A DNA stretch of 19,164 nt from a virus (IMGVR_UViG_3300031269_000117:1-19164), one strand, 5' to 3'; shown: positions 1 to 9,101, counted from the first letter of the stretch. Translations and numbers: made by a program. Notes: generated by a model from the letters alone, not told the origin.

Positions 1-127
1 GTGTTTTAACCGGCATCAAATACGACGCTAATGGCGCAGAAGTAGAAGTTAGAGTAGCATTAGTTAAAATGGTGGGTGGGTTGTAATGGCTAAAAAAGCC
101 AAAACTAAATCAATCATTAAAAAGGTT
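1..127. repeat. Terminal direct repeat, copy 1 (exact duplicate of 19038-19164). Best read as the wrap-around of a circular or circularly permuted genome.
   Basis: Both window ends read gtgttttaaccggcatcaaatacgacgc...caatcattaaaaaggtt identically for 127 nt. The repeat covers the 3' end of the 140-aa ORF (its stop is at 84-86) and the 5' end of the 51-aa ORF. Confidence 0.95.
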
Positions 128-241
128 GATACTTTAGAGGACTCACAATTAGACGTGGGTTCTTTAAAAAAAGAGACTAAAGTTTCTGACAAAAAAGTGA
201 CCGGCCGTAGGGCTATTAAAATTAATAGATTTAAAAAATAG
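86..241 (+). CDS. Small Lys-rich protein of 51 aa (MAKKAKTKSIIKKVDTLEDSQLDVGSLKKETKVSDKKVTGRRAIKINRFKK), unknown function, in the head module.
   Basis: Below the ORF-track size cutoff. Its ATG overlaps the upstream stop (TAATG). A ggtgggtggg SD-like tract lies 5 nt upstream. It fills an otherwise empty gap between the decoration-like gene and the capsid gene. Confidence 0.55.
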   Translation: MAKKAKTKSIIKKVDTLEDSQLDVGSLKKETKVSDKKVTGRRAIKINRFKK

Positions 242-250
242 GGGAAACAG

Positions 251-1120
251 ATGAACACTAATAACTTGGTTCTAAAAGAAGTCGATCAATACATGGCGGA
301 TTATGCTCCAGCGTATACTGCTTTAATGCCGGCGTTTATGAGAACTTCACAGTCTTATGCTGCAGAGGTAGGAAAGATCAACTTTAAAAGAGTGTCTGTG
401 ATAGGTGATATCAGATCGAAAGTAATTGATCCAAAAGATACGGCTATTAAGCTTTTAAAAGTCGGCCAAGATAGAAAGTCTTTTAATAAGTACTTTTTAG
501 GCTCAAAGTTTACAAGCTCTGAGCTGCAATCCTCTGATGAGATTGAAGAGGCGATCAAGATGTTTCTTGATGAGCATAATAGGCAGAGTGATGAGATCTT
601 TTTAACAGGGGATGGCACAAATGATTCAAACACTTTAAACAACGGTCTTTTATACTCTCAAGACAAAAACTACTTTAAAAGAGCTAGTGCCGAAGTTGAA
701 AAAGATGCTAATGATTCACATCTTGCAGATCTTTACGATAAAATTACTGATGCGATTGATGAGGCAGATGATCTTGATGGTCAAAAGCTTGTTCTTTTTT
801 ATGGTGACAGACCTATCAAAGAGCACAAGGGTTTGTTTGTTGAAACTAAAACTTCTTTAATTGAGACTTTAGTAGGTGCTAACGCGGGTGTTTCTTTTGG
901 AAAAATTCCTAAAGAAATAACTCCATCGGGTGAAGCTGGTATTTTGGTTTGTAACCTTGATCAACTTAAACTCAACTACACTGTTTTAGCTCAGCTTCGT
1001 GACAGAGATGTCAACAAAGAAGACATGTACTTTTGGGCTAACTTCATAATGGGTTCAAGCATGCTGGAAGTTAAAAACAAAAAAGGTATTGTTAGACAGC
1101 CTTTGACTTTCGAAGCTTAA
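251..1120 (+). CDS. Putative major capsid protein (289 aa).
   Basis: The call rests on position: it follows scaffold, decoration-like gene and small ORF, as in lambda Nu3-D-E or SPP1 gp11-12-13. It has an agggga RBS and is followed by the strongest intrinsic terminator in the window. No family motif was recognised by eye. Confidence 0.6.
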   Translation: MNTNNLVLKEVDQYMADYAPAYTALMPAFMRTSQSYAAEVGKINFKRVSVIGDIRSKVIDPKDTAIKLLKVGQDRKSFNKYFLGSKFTSSELQSSDEIEEAIKMFLDEHNRQSDEIFLTGDGTNDSNTLNNGLLYSQDKNYFKRASAEVEKDANDSHLADLYDKITDAIDEADDLDGQKLVLFYGDRPIKEHKGLFVETKTSLIETLVGANAGVSFGKIPKEITPSGEAGILVCNLDQLKLNYTVLAQLRDRDVNKEDMYFWANFIMGSSMLEVKNKKGIVRQPLTFEA

Positions 1121-1142
1121 GTTTTAGTTAACTTAAATTTAC

Positions 1143-1180
1143 AAAGAGCCCGGCCCCACTAGGGTATGGGCTTTTTTTTT
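1143..1180 (+). terminator. Rho-independent terminator after the capsid gene.
   Basis: GC-rich hairpin (aaagagccc...gggct, with an inner ccc/ggg stem) followed by T9 at 1172-1180. Confidence 0.75.
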
Positions 1181-1188
1181 AGGGGGAC

Positions 1189-1449
1189 ATGGTGAGAGAT
1201 TGGATCAATAAAATTATGGGCATCATTGAAGAGTCTTCTTTAACAGACTCCGAGTTTGCTACTGTCCAATCTACTACAATTGAATACACTCAAAAAACTT
1301 TTGATGAGATAGCATTGATACTAGACTCAAGGGGGTCCATATCTGATTCAAGAAAGCGCCTAGCTTTTTTGTATAAAGCCAAGGGTTTTAATGTGGGTGG
1401 GGGTGATGACTTAGCAGTTTCTAATATTTGGATAGGAAGTGTGCTTTGA
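1189..1449 (+). CDS. Hypothetical head-tail connector or head-completion protein (86 aa).
   Basis: aggggg RBS, and located between the capsid gene and the neck/tail genes. Confidence 0.35.
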   Translation: MVRDWINKIMGIIEESSLTDSEFATVQSTTIEYTQKTFDEIALILDSRGSISDSRKRLAFLYKAKGFNVGGGDDLAVSNIWIGSVL

Positions 1450-1949
1450 TAATTGAACTTTCTAAAGACTTTAAGAAAAGTTATATAAAAACTTTAGAGC
1501 GTTATAATTTTGACGTGGGGGTTTTGGAAGACAAGCCTCACTATGAAGCTGAGTATAATTCAATCAATGAGGAGCCTTCGTTAAAACAGTACGCCGGTGG
1601 TCCTTCTAGAAAGCAGAGCAGAATAAAGTCTGGAAAAACAGTAGGTGAGGTCTTGGTTGATAATATGAAAAGGCTACAAATTAATTTTGTACTTGATCCT
1701 TTCAAAAGAAAGAGCGAGCCTTTGACTAGATTTACAGAGTCGTTTTTAAAGCTAGCCTACGGGGATGGGGAAAAAGTTAGAAGGGTTGAAAACTTGCTTC
1801 AAGCCCTTATTAGAAATCCTATATTGAAACGAGAGTATGGTGACAGTAAAAGCTCAACCTCTGATGCAAAAGGTTTTAACAGACCTTTAATTGACACTTC
1901 ACAAATGTTTAGAGCTATAAGAGCTAAGGTTAACAATGCTGGAAAATGA
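1446..1949 (+). CDS. Neck / head-tail joining protein, HK97 gp10-like or Mu G-like.
   Basis: The C-terminal motif NRPLIDTSQMFRAIRAKV resembles the (I/V)DTGxLxxSI signature of HK97 gp10-type proteins. The TTG at 1446 overlaps the upstream stop (TTGA) and has an aggaag RBS. The ORF track allows an alternative TTG at 1428. Confidence 0.5.
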   Translation: MIIELSKDFKKSYIKTLERYNFDVGVLEDKPHYEAEYNSINEEPSLKQYAGGPSRKQSRIKSGKTVGEVLVDNMKRLQINFVLDPFKRKSEPLTRFTESFLKLAYGDGEKVRRVENLLQALIRNPILKREYGDSKSSTSDAKGFNRPLIDTSQMFRAIRAKVNNAGK

Positions 1950-2322
1950 GATTGTTGATTTATTCAAAGCTATTTTTGATATAAAAAAGGTCACTCTTGA
2001 AGAGCCGGGTGAGGCTTTAGAGCAAGGTGTTTTGTTTATAAGTGTAGACTCATATACTGAAGACACTAAAAACGGTTTTGTTAAGGGCGTACTGAGAGGT
2101 AATGCTAAGGTCTATAGTCAATCAAACAAGTTGCCTTTAGGTTTTTTTACTAGGAAACTTAGAAGTGCCGGGGTTGATTTGACTAGAGATTTATTTTGTA
2201 CGGACTTTGAGATGAACTTGAATGTGTTTCAAAATCTTATCGAGAGATCTTTTAGCTTCACATATTTTTACACAAGCGAATACGATCCAGAGCAAGGGTC
2301 ATTAAATGAGATAGTTTTTTAA
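1936..2322 (+). CDS. Hypothetical neck or tail-terminator protein (128 aa).
   Basis: The call rests on synteny only. It overlaps the upstream gene by 14 nt. Confidence 0.3.
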   Translation: MLENEIVDLFKAIFDIKKVTLEEPGEALEQGVLFISVDSYTEDTKNGFVKGVLRGNAKVYSQSNKLPLGFFTRKLRSAGVDLTRDLFCTDFEMNLNVFQNLIERSFSFTYFYTSEYDPEQGSLNEIVF

Positions 2323-2333
2323 AAGGGGAACAC

Positions 2334-3266
2334 ATGTCTAAGAATATTTTACTGGATTATTTTTTCAACGTAGAGGCCATAACGCCTACATCACAAGCGT
2401 CTACTGCTTTTTTAAAGCAAGCTTGTATAGTTGTAAACTCAAACTCGGGTGGGACTGATGGTGACATAACTCAATGCTCAACCATTGCTGAGATAGAAGC
2501 TGTTACTGACAATGAAGATGCTAAAGAACTTTTAGCCGGTGGCATGTCTAAAATATATGTGCTTCAAAATGACGACTTAGATTTACAATCGATACTAGAT
2601 GCTTTTGGCCCTGAGTTTTTCACATTAATTATCTCAAGCGACTTTAATGATACTAATATAACAGGCATGGACCTTGGTTTGTTCAAAGGTGTTGTTGGTG
2701 TTTCAAGTGCAACGGAGTCTTTCTTAGAAGCTCAAGCGGTTATTCCTAAAAGAGTTTCATTTTTTACTAAGACAGAAAACGGGGCAAAAAATATGTGTTA
2801 CGCTTTTGGAAAGCTTCTCTCTAGTTTTACATGGAGAAATCAGCAATATGTAACCATGCCTTATGATGATGAGGTTGTAACTCTTGGCAAAGCCGAGTCT
2901 TATTTTGATGATAAAATCTCCTTTGTTTTAAACGACAAAGAGTTTGGAAAAAGGCTAGGTCTTTTTGCAGTTGGTGGGAAGGCTATTGTTGCTCCTTATA
3001 TTTTAAAGAATTTAGAAATAGACATGCAATCAAGAGCTCTTTCTTATATCTCTGGGAATCAACCACAGTACACTATTAAAGAAGCAACTCTGATTGAAGA
3101 CGAGCTAAGTCAGGTTATACAGGGATTTGTTGATAGAGGGCTAATAACAATAGGTACGGTTTCAATTGCAGTAGATCAAGGCAACTTCATTGCAAGCGGT
3201 CAAATAAACGTATCCGAACCTACAGGGCTTTGGAGATTTAAAGCAGAACTTAAGCAGACACTTTAA
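2334..3266 (+). CDS. Major tail structural protein, possibly a compact tail sheath (310 aa).
   Basis: aagggg RBS. It is followed by a ~140-aa tube-like ORF, then the chaperone and tape measure. This is the sheath-tube-chaperone-TMP order of P2- and Mu-type myoviruses. Confidence 0.4.
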   Translation: MSKNILLDYFFNVEAITPTSQASTAFLKQACIVVNSNSGGTDGDITQCSTIAEIEAVTDNEDAKELLAGGMSKIYVLQNDDLDLQSILDAFGPEFFTLIISSDFNDTNITGMDLGLFKGVVGVSSATESFLEAQAVIPKRVSFFTKTENGAKNMCYAFGKLLSSFTWRNQQYVTMPYDDEVVTLGKAESYFDDKISFVLNDKEFGKRLGLFAVGGKAIVAPYILKNLEIDMQSRALSYISGNQPQYTIKEATLIEDELSQVIQGFVDRGLITIGTVSIAVDQGNFIASGQINVSEPTGLWRFKAELKQTL

Positions 3267-3279
3267 TTAAGGGGTAGTA

Positions 3280-3699
3280 ATGATTTTTAAGATATATGAT
3301 TGTGATTTTGGTATTAAAGTAAAAGGTGTTTCTTATGACTTTGAGCATGTCTCAAGTCTACAGATTGAAGATCCTGAGCGTAACAGAATAACCAGGGGCG
3401 CCAACGCTAGAAACAAAGTTGGCCTAGCTTTTAAGGATGGCTTAAAAGAGCCTAAGCGTTGGACTATTCCAATTCTTAATATGAGCTTAGAGCTTAAAGC
3501 TGTTTTAGATGATGCCTATGATAATGTCACAAGAGTTGAATGTTACTGTATAGACAGAAAAGACGGGTCTTCTAAGATTGCAAAATCAGCTGTGCTTTCT
3601 AACAAGCCTCAACAACTAAACATCGAAGACAATGCTGAGAGCTTAGAAGTGATGTTAGAGTTTGAAACTTTTGATTCAAGCGAGAATCACAAGTCATGA
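3280..3699 (+). CDS. Putative tail tube protein (139 aa).
   Basis: Its size and its position directly upstream of the frameshifting chaperone fit a tube protein. The predicted beta-rich sequence ends ...LEVMLEFETFD, which loosely resembles XkdM-type tube proteins. Confidence 0.4.
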   Translation: MIFKIYDCDFGIKVKGVSYDFEHVSSLQIEDPERNRITRGANARNKVGLAFKDGLKEPKRWTIPILNMSLELKAVLDDAYDNVTRVECYCIDRKDGSSKIAKSAVLSNKPQQLNIEDNAESLEVMLEFETFDSSENHKS

Positions 3700-4070
3700 T
3701 TAAAGTTAAAGAGCTTAAAGGGTTTAAATCTCTACGAGCTCTTAATGTTTTTAACACTTTACTGATAGGCTTAAAGATGCTGCCGGCTTATCAAAGGTAT
3801 GACTTTGAAGAAATGCTTTTAGCTATACATGATATGCCTGAGAGTGATCAAAGAAAGTGTATGAAAGAAGCGGCTCTACTTGTTGAACTAGACGAGAGCG
3901 AGGTCGAGTCTTTAATCTCTTTTTGCGTTGATCCCAATGGGGTTCCGTACACTAAAGAGAACTTAAGAAATCTTGAGCCTAATAAGATTGTTGAGATGAT
4001 AGTCGCTGTTTGTATGGAGATATCAAAGTTTAAGATTGATCTCATAAGTGATTCTGAAAAAAAAAACTAA
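3696..4070 (+). CDS. Tail assembly chaperone, short form (lambda G-like).
   Basis: It sits immediately upstream of the tape measure, is acidic, has an ATGA overlap start, and ends in an A10 slippery tract. Confidence 0.7.
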   Translation: MIKVKELKGFKSLRALNVFNTLLIGLKMLPAYQRYDFEEMLLAIHDMPESDQRKCMKEAALLVELDESEVESLISFCVDPNGVPYTKENLRNLEPNKIVEMIVAVCMEISKFKIDLISDSEKKN

Positions 4071-4195
4071 AAAATTGGTCAGTTGATCCAAGATCTGTTT
4101 TTTCCAAAAGGCCTAATTTAAGTTTAGAAGATTGTTTAAACATTTCTTTTTATGAAACATATTGCAGCGACGCGATGGAAGGGGCTTTAACATAA
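3696..4195 (+). CDS. Tail assembly chaperone, -1 frameshift-extended form (lambda GT-like), slipping within A10 at 4057-4066.
   Basis: The -1 frame (codons from 4061) stays open for about 44 codons: KKLKNWSVDPRSVFSKRPNLSLEDCLNISFYETYCSDAMEGALT. It stops at TAA 4193-4195, which overlaps the tape-measure ATG (TAATG). Without the frameshift, 4071-4194 would be an unexplained 124-nt gap in a very compact operon. Confidence 0.7.
4057..4066 (+). promoter_or_regulatory. Slippery homopolymer (A10) for programmed -1 ribosomal frameshifting.
   Basis: The sequence is g aaa aaa aaa ac at the 3' end of the chaperone ORF. An A AAA AAA heptamer is a canonical slippery site. Confidence 0.65.
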
Positions 4196-5166
4196 TGTTT
4201 AAAAGTGTAATGAAAGTCACCCCCAAAATAGACAAGCGCGGTTTAGACAAAATGGAGAGGTCTTTATCTCAAAGGTTTAAAAGAGTTGCTAATGGTTTTA
4301 GTAAAGGTTTTGCTAAAATTTTTAAAGGGGGTGCTTTCATAGGAGCCGCCCTTGCTTTTGTTGATAAGCTTTTATCACCAATAAAAGAAGTGAATGAAGC
4401 ACTGGAAAGAACATTGCAAAGTAATGATTCAATCTCAACCTTTGCAGCTCAGTTAAATACGACAGCTGGGAAGCTTCAAAAGCTACAAGCTATTGTCGGC
4501 ACAGGAACAGGTCTCACTCAAGACAAGCTTTTAGATATACTGACAAAGTTTCAATTGGGTCTAGCAGAAGAAAGAAAGACACCGGGGTCAATGGGTCTAA
4601 AGGACTTCACTGAGTTTGGTGATGTTTCTGATGCTTTCTTTTCTTTCATACAGTCAATGAAGTCTGCTAACGATGATGATAAAAACCTTGTCACTAAAAG
4701 AGTTTTTGGTGATGAGGGGGTGAAGGCGTTAGCTGAAGCTTATCAAATTGATGTTGGGCAAATAATGAAACAAAGCGGCTTAGACAAAGTTAGCTTTGAG
4801 GCTTTAGATAAAAGCATTGAAAAGATAGCAGCTCTTTCTAACATGTCTGATGCTCTAAAAGCCGGCCGACAAACTCGTGATATTATCGATAAGGCCAGGG
4901 TTTTAAACGAAGGTATTATAAGAAGTAGAGAAGACAAAGCAGCTCTTGATTTAAAGCGGGAAAATGAAAGGTTTAAAAGCTACCAAAACCTTCAAAATCT
5001 AACCAACACAGTTGATAACATTTTCATTGCAGTTGAGGGTATGGTTGCTAAGCTTGGTGAGTTTATAGGTATGGCTACACCTTGGATAAAAAAAGTTGGC
5101 GGCTTTATAGACGAGACAAGATCAAGCTCTTGGTTTAAGGGTTTGTTTAAGTGGGGGGGGAAGTAG
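4195..5166 (+). CDS. Tail tape measure protein (about 323 aa, which is short).
   Basis: It follows the chaperone, is helical and coiled-coil rich, and has a Gly/Ala hydrophobic segment (GGAFIGAALAFV). The ATG at 4195 is preceded by a ggaagggg RBS. The ORF track's TTG at 4162 is a less likely start. Confidence 0.7.
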   Translation: MFKSVMKVTPKIDKRGLDKMERSLSQRFKRVANGFSKGFAKIFKGGAFIGAALAFVDKLLSPIKEVNEALERTLQSNDSISTFAAQLNTTAGKLQKLQAIVGTGTGLTQDKLLDILTKFQLGLAEERKTPGSMGLKDFTEFGDVSDAFFSFIQSMKSANDDDKNLVTKRVFGDEGVKALAEAYQIDVGQIMKQSGLDKVSFEALDKSIEKIAALSNMSDALKAGRQTRDIIDKARVLNEGIIRSREDKAALDLKRENERFKSYQNLQNLTNTVDNIFIAVEGMVAKLGEFIGMATPWIKKVGGFIDETRSSSWFKGLFKWGGK

Positions 5167-5714
5167 TGCTTAACGGTTTAGATCCTGTATTGATTTTTCA
5201 ATTCAAAACTTTAATAAGCGGCGTTAGTGATAACATCAAAAACATACCAATTGTCTCTGACATCCCCACCTTGGTAGAGGAGCCCCCTATACCAATTTAT
5301 TTAAGCGAAAATTTAACAGGTCTTTTTATAGACAGTGAAGATAAAAACCTAGACATTGAAACAGACATTGAAGAATCAAGCGACTCAACTAAAGAGCCCT
5401 TGGTGACTCAAAAAGGTGTGACAACTTCTGTGTCTATAAACATACAGGCCAACAAAAATTCAATCGGTTTAAATCTTTTGAATAGCCTTATAGACCAGGC
5501 TTTTTTAAAACTAAGAAACAACCTTTATACTATAAGCTATCTCAACGGTTCTACTACTGTTTTCAGAGGAAGAATACAAAGCTATAGAGTAAATCAAAAC
5601 GCTGATAGTGAGCTTGTAAACATTCAGCTTATACTAAACAAGGGAAAGCCTAGGCCTCAAGGGTCTCCTACAAATCCCTTTGTTACTAGAGAAGAAAACT
5701 TAGACGTGTTATGA
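5166..5714 (+). CDS. Hypothetical distal tail or baseplate hub protein.
   Basis: It is the first gene after the tape measure. The GTG at 5166 overlaps the TMP stop (TAGTG) and follows a G8 SD-like tract. GTG at 5151 is an alternative start. Confidence 0.35.
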   Translation: MLNGLDPVLIFQFKTLISGVSDNIKNIPIVSDIPTLVEEPPIPIYLSENLTGLFIDSEDKNLDIETDIEESSDSTKEPLVTQKGVTTSVSINIQANKNSIGLNLLNSLIDQAFLKLRNNLYTISYLNGSTTVFRGRIQSYRVNQNADSELVNIQLILNKGKPRPQGSPTNPFVTREENLDVL

Positions 5715-5971
5715 ATTATTTTTGGTATCGAATTTTTAATGAAGCTGATTTTAATAACGTTGATTACAACGGAAAAACCTACACTCTAAATTTAGAAGGA
5801 TTAGGTTTGAGAAGAATCCTTGTGACTAAGAAAAAACTCTTAGGCATAACCTATGAGGACACCTACCTTCCTTTGTCACTAAACAATAAAAACCCATTTT
5901 ACTTTAACGATAAGGCTATATTTAAAAATTCAAGTGGGAATGTTTTCTTAGGATTTAGAGATGATAGTTAA
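5711..5971 (+). CDS. Hypothetical tail or baseplate protein (86 aa).
   Basis: ATGA overlap start and location within the baseplate block. Confidence 0.3.
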   Translation: MNYFWYRIFNEADFNNVDYNGKTYTLNLEGLGLRRILVTKKKLLGITYEDTYLPLSLNNKNPFYFNDKAIFKNSSGNVFLGFRDDS

Positions 5972-6401
5972 CTGTGAGCATGGTTTCTATACTTTTTATG
6001 AGACTGATGTGGGTCAAATTAGTAACTTTATACTAAGGTCTGGTTTTAGTTTATTTAAGAAAAATAACTACTTTGTTTTTGATGCCTTAAAAGATGCTGA
6101 GGATTTTAGCATAAAAGGACTTCCTTATTTAAATGCTGTTAGTAAAAAAAACTATCAAGGCAAGATGGGGGAAGTGTTTAGGTCAAATGATTTTGTTTTT
6201 GATTTTACAAGTGATTTAATAAAAGACAGGAATTCTGTCACAAGTTTTAATGACTTAATGTTAAGCGGTGACAGGTATGTTTCAAAGGGTCTTGTCTTGC
6301 CGGGCTCTTTTACTCAAGGGGGCAAAAAGGTGATAGGCTACACTTGTCATGTCTCAAGGCTAACTAACAGTTTCACATATAGCGAGGTTGATTTTGTCTA
6401 G
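5961..6401 (+). CDS. Hypothetical tail or baseplate protein (146 aa).
   Basis: Start overlaps the upstream gene; located within the baseplate block. Confidence 0.3.
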   Translation: MIVNCEHGFYTFYETDVGQISNFILRSGFSLFKKNNYFVFDALKDAEDFSIKGLPYLNAVSKKNYQGKMGEVFRSNDFVFDFTSDLIKDRNSVTSFNDLMLSGDRYVSKGLVLPGSFTQGGKKVIGYTCHVSRLTNSFTYSEVDFV

Positions 6402-6750
6402 GTGTTTAAAAGCAAGGCTAAGCTCTAAGGGAGAGGTTATCTACAGCGATAAGGTTGTATCTGATGTCGACATCTTAAGTGAAGGAAACGCTGAGAGTGA
6501 AGGTGTTTTAGTTTTAGATAAAGAGCTTATTTTTTATCTTGCAAGCTCTGCTAAAGACATTAAGAAAGCTCTAATAGAGGTTTCAAAAGGATTGTCTGAG
6601 ATCTCAACCTCACTTGATAAGCTTGATAATGCCGGCTATCTGGTAGGCGCATCGGGAGCTGTACCGGGCCCACCGCTTTTAACTTTAAACATTAATAATA
6701 TAAATAACATCAGAGGAAAGATTGATGATCTAAAGGATGCTTTAATATGA
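6388..6750 (+). CDS. Hypothetical baseplate or spike protein (120 aa).
   Basis: TTG start (6388 or 6394) overlapping the upstream gene. The call rests on synteny only. Confidence 0.3.
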   Translation: MILSRCLKARLSSKGEVIYSDKVVSDVDILSEGNAESEGVLVLDKELIFYLASSAKDIKKALIEVSKGLSEISTSLDKLDNAGYLVGASGAVPGPPLLTLNINNINNIRGKIDDLKDALI

Positions 6751-7064
6751 TTGACATTGTGGCACCGAGTGAGGAAGGCCTGGACCAGGGAGTTGTTTTT
6801 ACAGACACAACAAGAGCTGCAAATCTTTTGAGTGTACAGCTTAACAGTTTAAACTTTGCTCCCGAATTAGGTATAGATTTTGATTACTTTTTGCGAGAGG
6901 ATTTAGAGATCCAGAACGAAAGTTTTAGAGGGTATTTGGTAGAGGTTTTAAGTGAGAGAGGCATTAGTGTTATATCAATTATAACAGAGGTTGAAAGTCT
7001 TTATCAAAAATTTACAATGAACATAAAAGATCAGGAAACCTCTTCTGATTTATTAGTGAGGTAA
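6747..7064 (+). CDS. Putative baseplate wedge protein, gp25/W-like (105 aa).
   Basis: Its size and its position directly upstream of a J-like ORF fit this family. The segment LNFAPELGIDFDYFL loosely resembles the P-x-(F/Y)G motif region of gp25-like proteins. Confidence 0.35.
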   Translation: MIDIVAPSEEGLDQGVVFTDTTRAANLLSVQLNSLNFAPELGIDFDYFLREDLEIQNESFRGYLVEVLSERGISVISIITEVESLYQKFTMNIKDQETSSDLLVR

Positions 7065-7066
7065 CA

Positions 7067-7879
7067 ATGAGCTATTCACAGGAAAACGGATACTTGCCAA
7101 GTGACTTTCAAACAATAATGGGCGCTTTAAGAGTTAAAATAAATGAACAGTTTGGCACCACATACACATCAGAAAACTTTGAAGGCACTAACTTTTATAA
7201 GTACTTCTACGCTTTAGCACAAAAGGTTCAAGACAATGAGGTTTTAACTGCTGAGATTTTTATCAAACTTCAAGACTATATAGCTTCAACAAATGAAAGA
7301 ATATCAAGACCTGTAAACACAAATACAGGAATCATAGATAGGCTTAAGGTTTTAGGATACACCGCTAGTGTTAAAAAAATTATAGAAGCTGATGCCGGAA
7401 AAATTAATATATGTATTGATGTGGACGATTCAGCGGATGATTATGCTACTGTAAAAACTGAGATCGCCACTCTGATTTCTCAAATAACAGTAGCCGGGTG
7501 TGTTACTCAAGGTGATGAAAGTGAAACTATTGTTTTATCTAACGGGCAAAGTTTTGATTTTAAGTTTCATTTGCCAAACAAGATACCAGTTTTATTAAGG
7601 CTTACAATTGAAACAAGTAAAAACAATCTTAATTTAATCGGCGATCCTGATGATACAAAGTTTAAACTTATAGAAAACATCAATGCTAGATACAGGCTTG
7701 GCTTGGACTTTGAGCCTAAAAAATACTTTGACATTGACGATGATGCGCCATGGGCTGGAGATATAAAGTTAGAGTGGAGTGATGATGATGGGGCAACTTG
7801 GTCAGATGATATTTACGATGCAACTTTTGAAGATCTTTTTACATTCGGTCTTGATGATATAACTTTAGTGGAGACTTAA
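7067..7879 (+). CDS. Putative baseplate J-like protein (270 aa).
   Basis: gaggt RBS. Size and order match W-J-I-fibre as in P2. Confidence 0.4.
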   Translation: MSYSQENGYLPSDFQTIMGALRVKINEQFGTTYTSENFEGTNFYKYFYALAQKVQDNEVLTAEIFIKLQDYIASTNERISRPVNTNTGIIDRLKVLGYTASVKKIIEADAGKINICIDVDDSADDYATVKTEIATLISQITVAGCVTQGDESETIVLSNGQSFDFKFHLPNKIPVLLRLTIETSKNNLNLIGDPDDTKFKLIENINARYRLGLDFEPKKYFDIDDDAPWAGDIKLEWSDDDGATWSDDIYDATFEDLFTFGLDDITLVET

Positions 7880-7880
7880 A

Positions 7881-8429
7881 ATGCCTGAGTTTTTTAAAGG
7901 TGATGATTTAGAAAACAAGTACTTTAATGTGGGCTCTAATTTATTTGATCAAATAGAGACTGAAAAGACATCGTTTTTTAATGACTGTTATGAAAACAAA
8001 CTCCTTGGTGAAATAATTCACAAGTCTAAGATAGCCCCTTTATCAAATGCTATACCTTTAGATGTTTTTAAAGACTCCTTTAATGCAATCTTTAATATAT
8101 TTTTAGAAGCCGGATCATTTGAAGGCTACTTAACAGTTTTCAAAGCAATTTTTGGCCCTGATGTGGATGTGACATTCACAGTACCCGCACCCGGAAAACT
8201 TGGAATAGTAATTGAAGCTCAAGGCCTTTTAACTTTTAACTTGGCAGCTAGAAAAATTGTTTCTGATGCCTATGTGTTTGAGCCCTTAGTCGATCACAAT
8301 GATAACAATATTGTTGTTAACTTTATCAGAGGGCTTTCTTCTCAAAGTGAAGTAGAGATAATGCTTAATGAGTTAGTGCCTCAAGGCGTATGGACTGACA
8401 TAGATTTAACTATAGGTGGGGGTGTTTAG
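7881..8429 (+). CDS. Putative baseplate/tail protein I-like (182 aa).
   Basis: It lies between the J-like ORF and the tail fibres. Confidence 0.35.
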   Translation: MPEFFKGDDLENKYFNVGSNLFDQIETEKTSFFNDCYENKLLGEIIHKSKIAPLSNAIPLDVFKDSFNAIFNIFLEAGSFEGYLTVFKAIFGPDVDVTFTVPAPGKLGIVIEAQGLLTFNLAARKIVSDAYVFEPLVDHNDNNIVVNFIRGLSSQSEVEIMLNELVPQGVWTDIDLTIGGGV

Positions 8430-9091
8430 TGTCTAATAAAACTATTAATGAATTACAACTAATTGATGAGGTTAGTAGTGGGGTGAACTTAATAGGTGAT
8501 GATACTATTCAAACCTATAGACTAACTACAGCTCAACTAAAAGCCTTTATAAATAAAGAAGTGAATGAAAGAATTGATTTAATTGAAGCTGACAAGTGGG
8601 TCACAAGAGATCGAATGAATCAAAATTCAGTAGGGTTTTCACAGCTAAATTTAAAGGATAACTTTCAAGAAAGAAAAGGTTTAACAGGTTGGTTGGGTCC
8701 TTTAGAGGATAACTTTTTAATAGCAGCCGGCACTCAAGGGGGTGTTAACATAGCTGCCGGTACCGGTGATCAATTCGGAGTTACACAAGAGTGGGGTTTT
8801 TTAGTTACTTTCGGAGCTGATTTAGAAGTGATAGGTCCTGGAGCTATAGACGTTAAGTTTTCAATCAACAATGATACCCCCGCGGACAATGTGAGAACTG
8901 TTAGCCTTGTTGGGACAACACCTTCTAATTTAGGCATGAGTGGGACTTTTTCAAAGAGTGAGTTTTTTACTTTAAACAATGTTGGCTCTGGTATTAAAAG
9001 TTTTAGTTTAAAAGTTGCTAAAAGAAATTCTGGTCAAGCGTTTTTTAAAAACGCATACTGGACAATGATCATGTTTAATAACAAAGCTTAG
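8429..9091 (+). CDS. Tail fibre / receptor-binding protein, paralogue 1 (220 aa).
   Basis: The GTG start overlaps the upstream stop. The N-terminus MSNKTINELQLIDEVSSGVNLIGDDTIQTYRLTTAQLKAFI matches the common fibre N-terminal anchor pattern (ITxLxxxxxLxGxDxxxxxxxxTxxxTxxQL) and is shared with the next ORF. Confidence 0.6.
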   Translation: MSNKTINELQLIDEVSSGVNLIGDDTIQTYRLTTAQLKAFINKEVNERIDLIEADKWVTRDRMNQNSVGFSQLNLKDNFQERKGLTGWLGPLEDNFLIAAGTQGGVNIAAGTGDQFGVTQEWGFLVTFGADLEVIGPGAIDVKFSINNDTPADNVRTVSLVGTTPSNLGMSGTFSKSEFFTLNNVGSGIKSFSLKVAKRNSGQAFFKNAYWTMIMFNNKA

Positions 9092-9101
9092 GAGTTATAT
9101 T

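Noticed and set aside
1-127. The terminal repeat as a physical DTR, cos region or mobile-element end.
   Set aside because: It lies inside two coding sequences, and its length equals a common maximal assembler k-mer. An assembly wrap-around is the simpler explanation. It cannot be fully excluded without reads.
64-258. The 64-aa minus-strand ORF.
   Set aside because: It is antisense to the decoration-like gene end and the 51-aa ORF, has no RBS, and its hydrophobic low-complexity translation is typical of antisense AT-rich coding DNA.
355-642. The 95-aa minus-strand ORF inside the capsid gene.
   Set aside because: It is fully embedded antisense in a well-supported + gene and has no RBS.
3848-4045. 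The 65-aa minus-strand ORF inside the chaperone gene.
   Set aside because: It is an antisense shadow ORF with no independent support.
4743-4937. The 64-aa minus-strand ORF inside the tape-measure gene.
   Set aside because: It is an antisense shadow ORF with no independent support.
8770-8979. The 69-aa minus-strand ORF inside tail-fibre gene 1.
   Set aside because: It is an antisense shadow ORF with no independent support.
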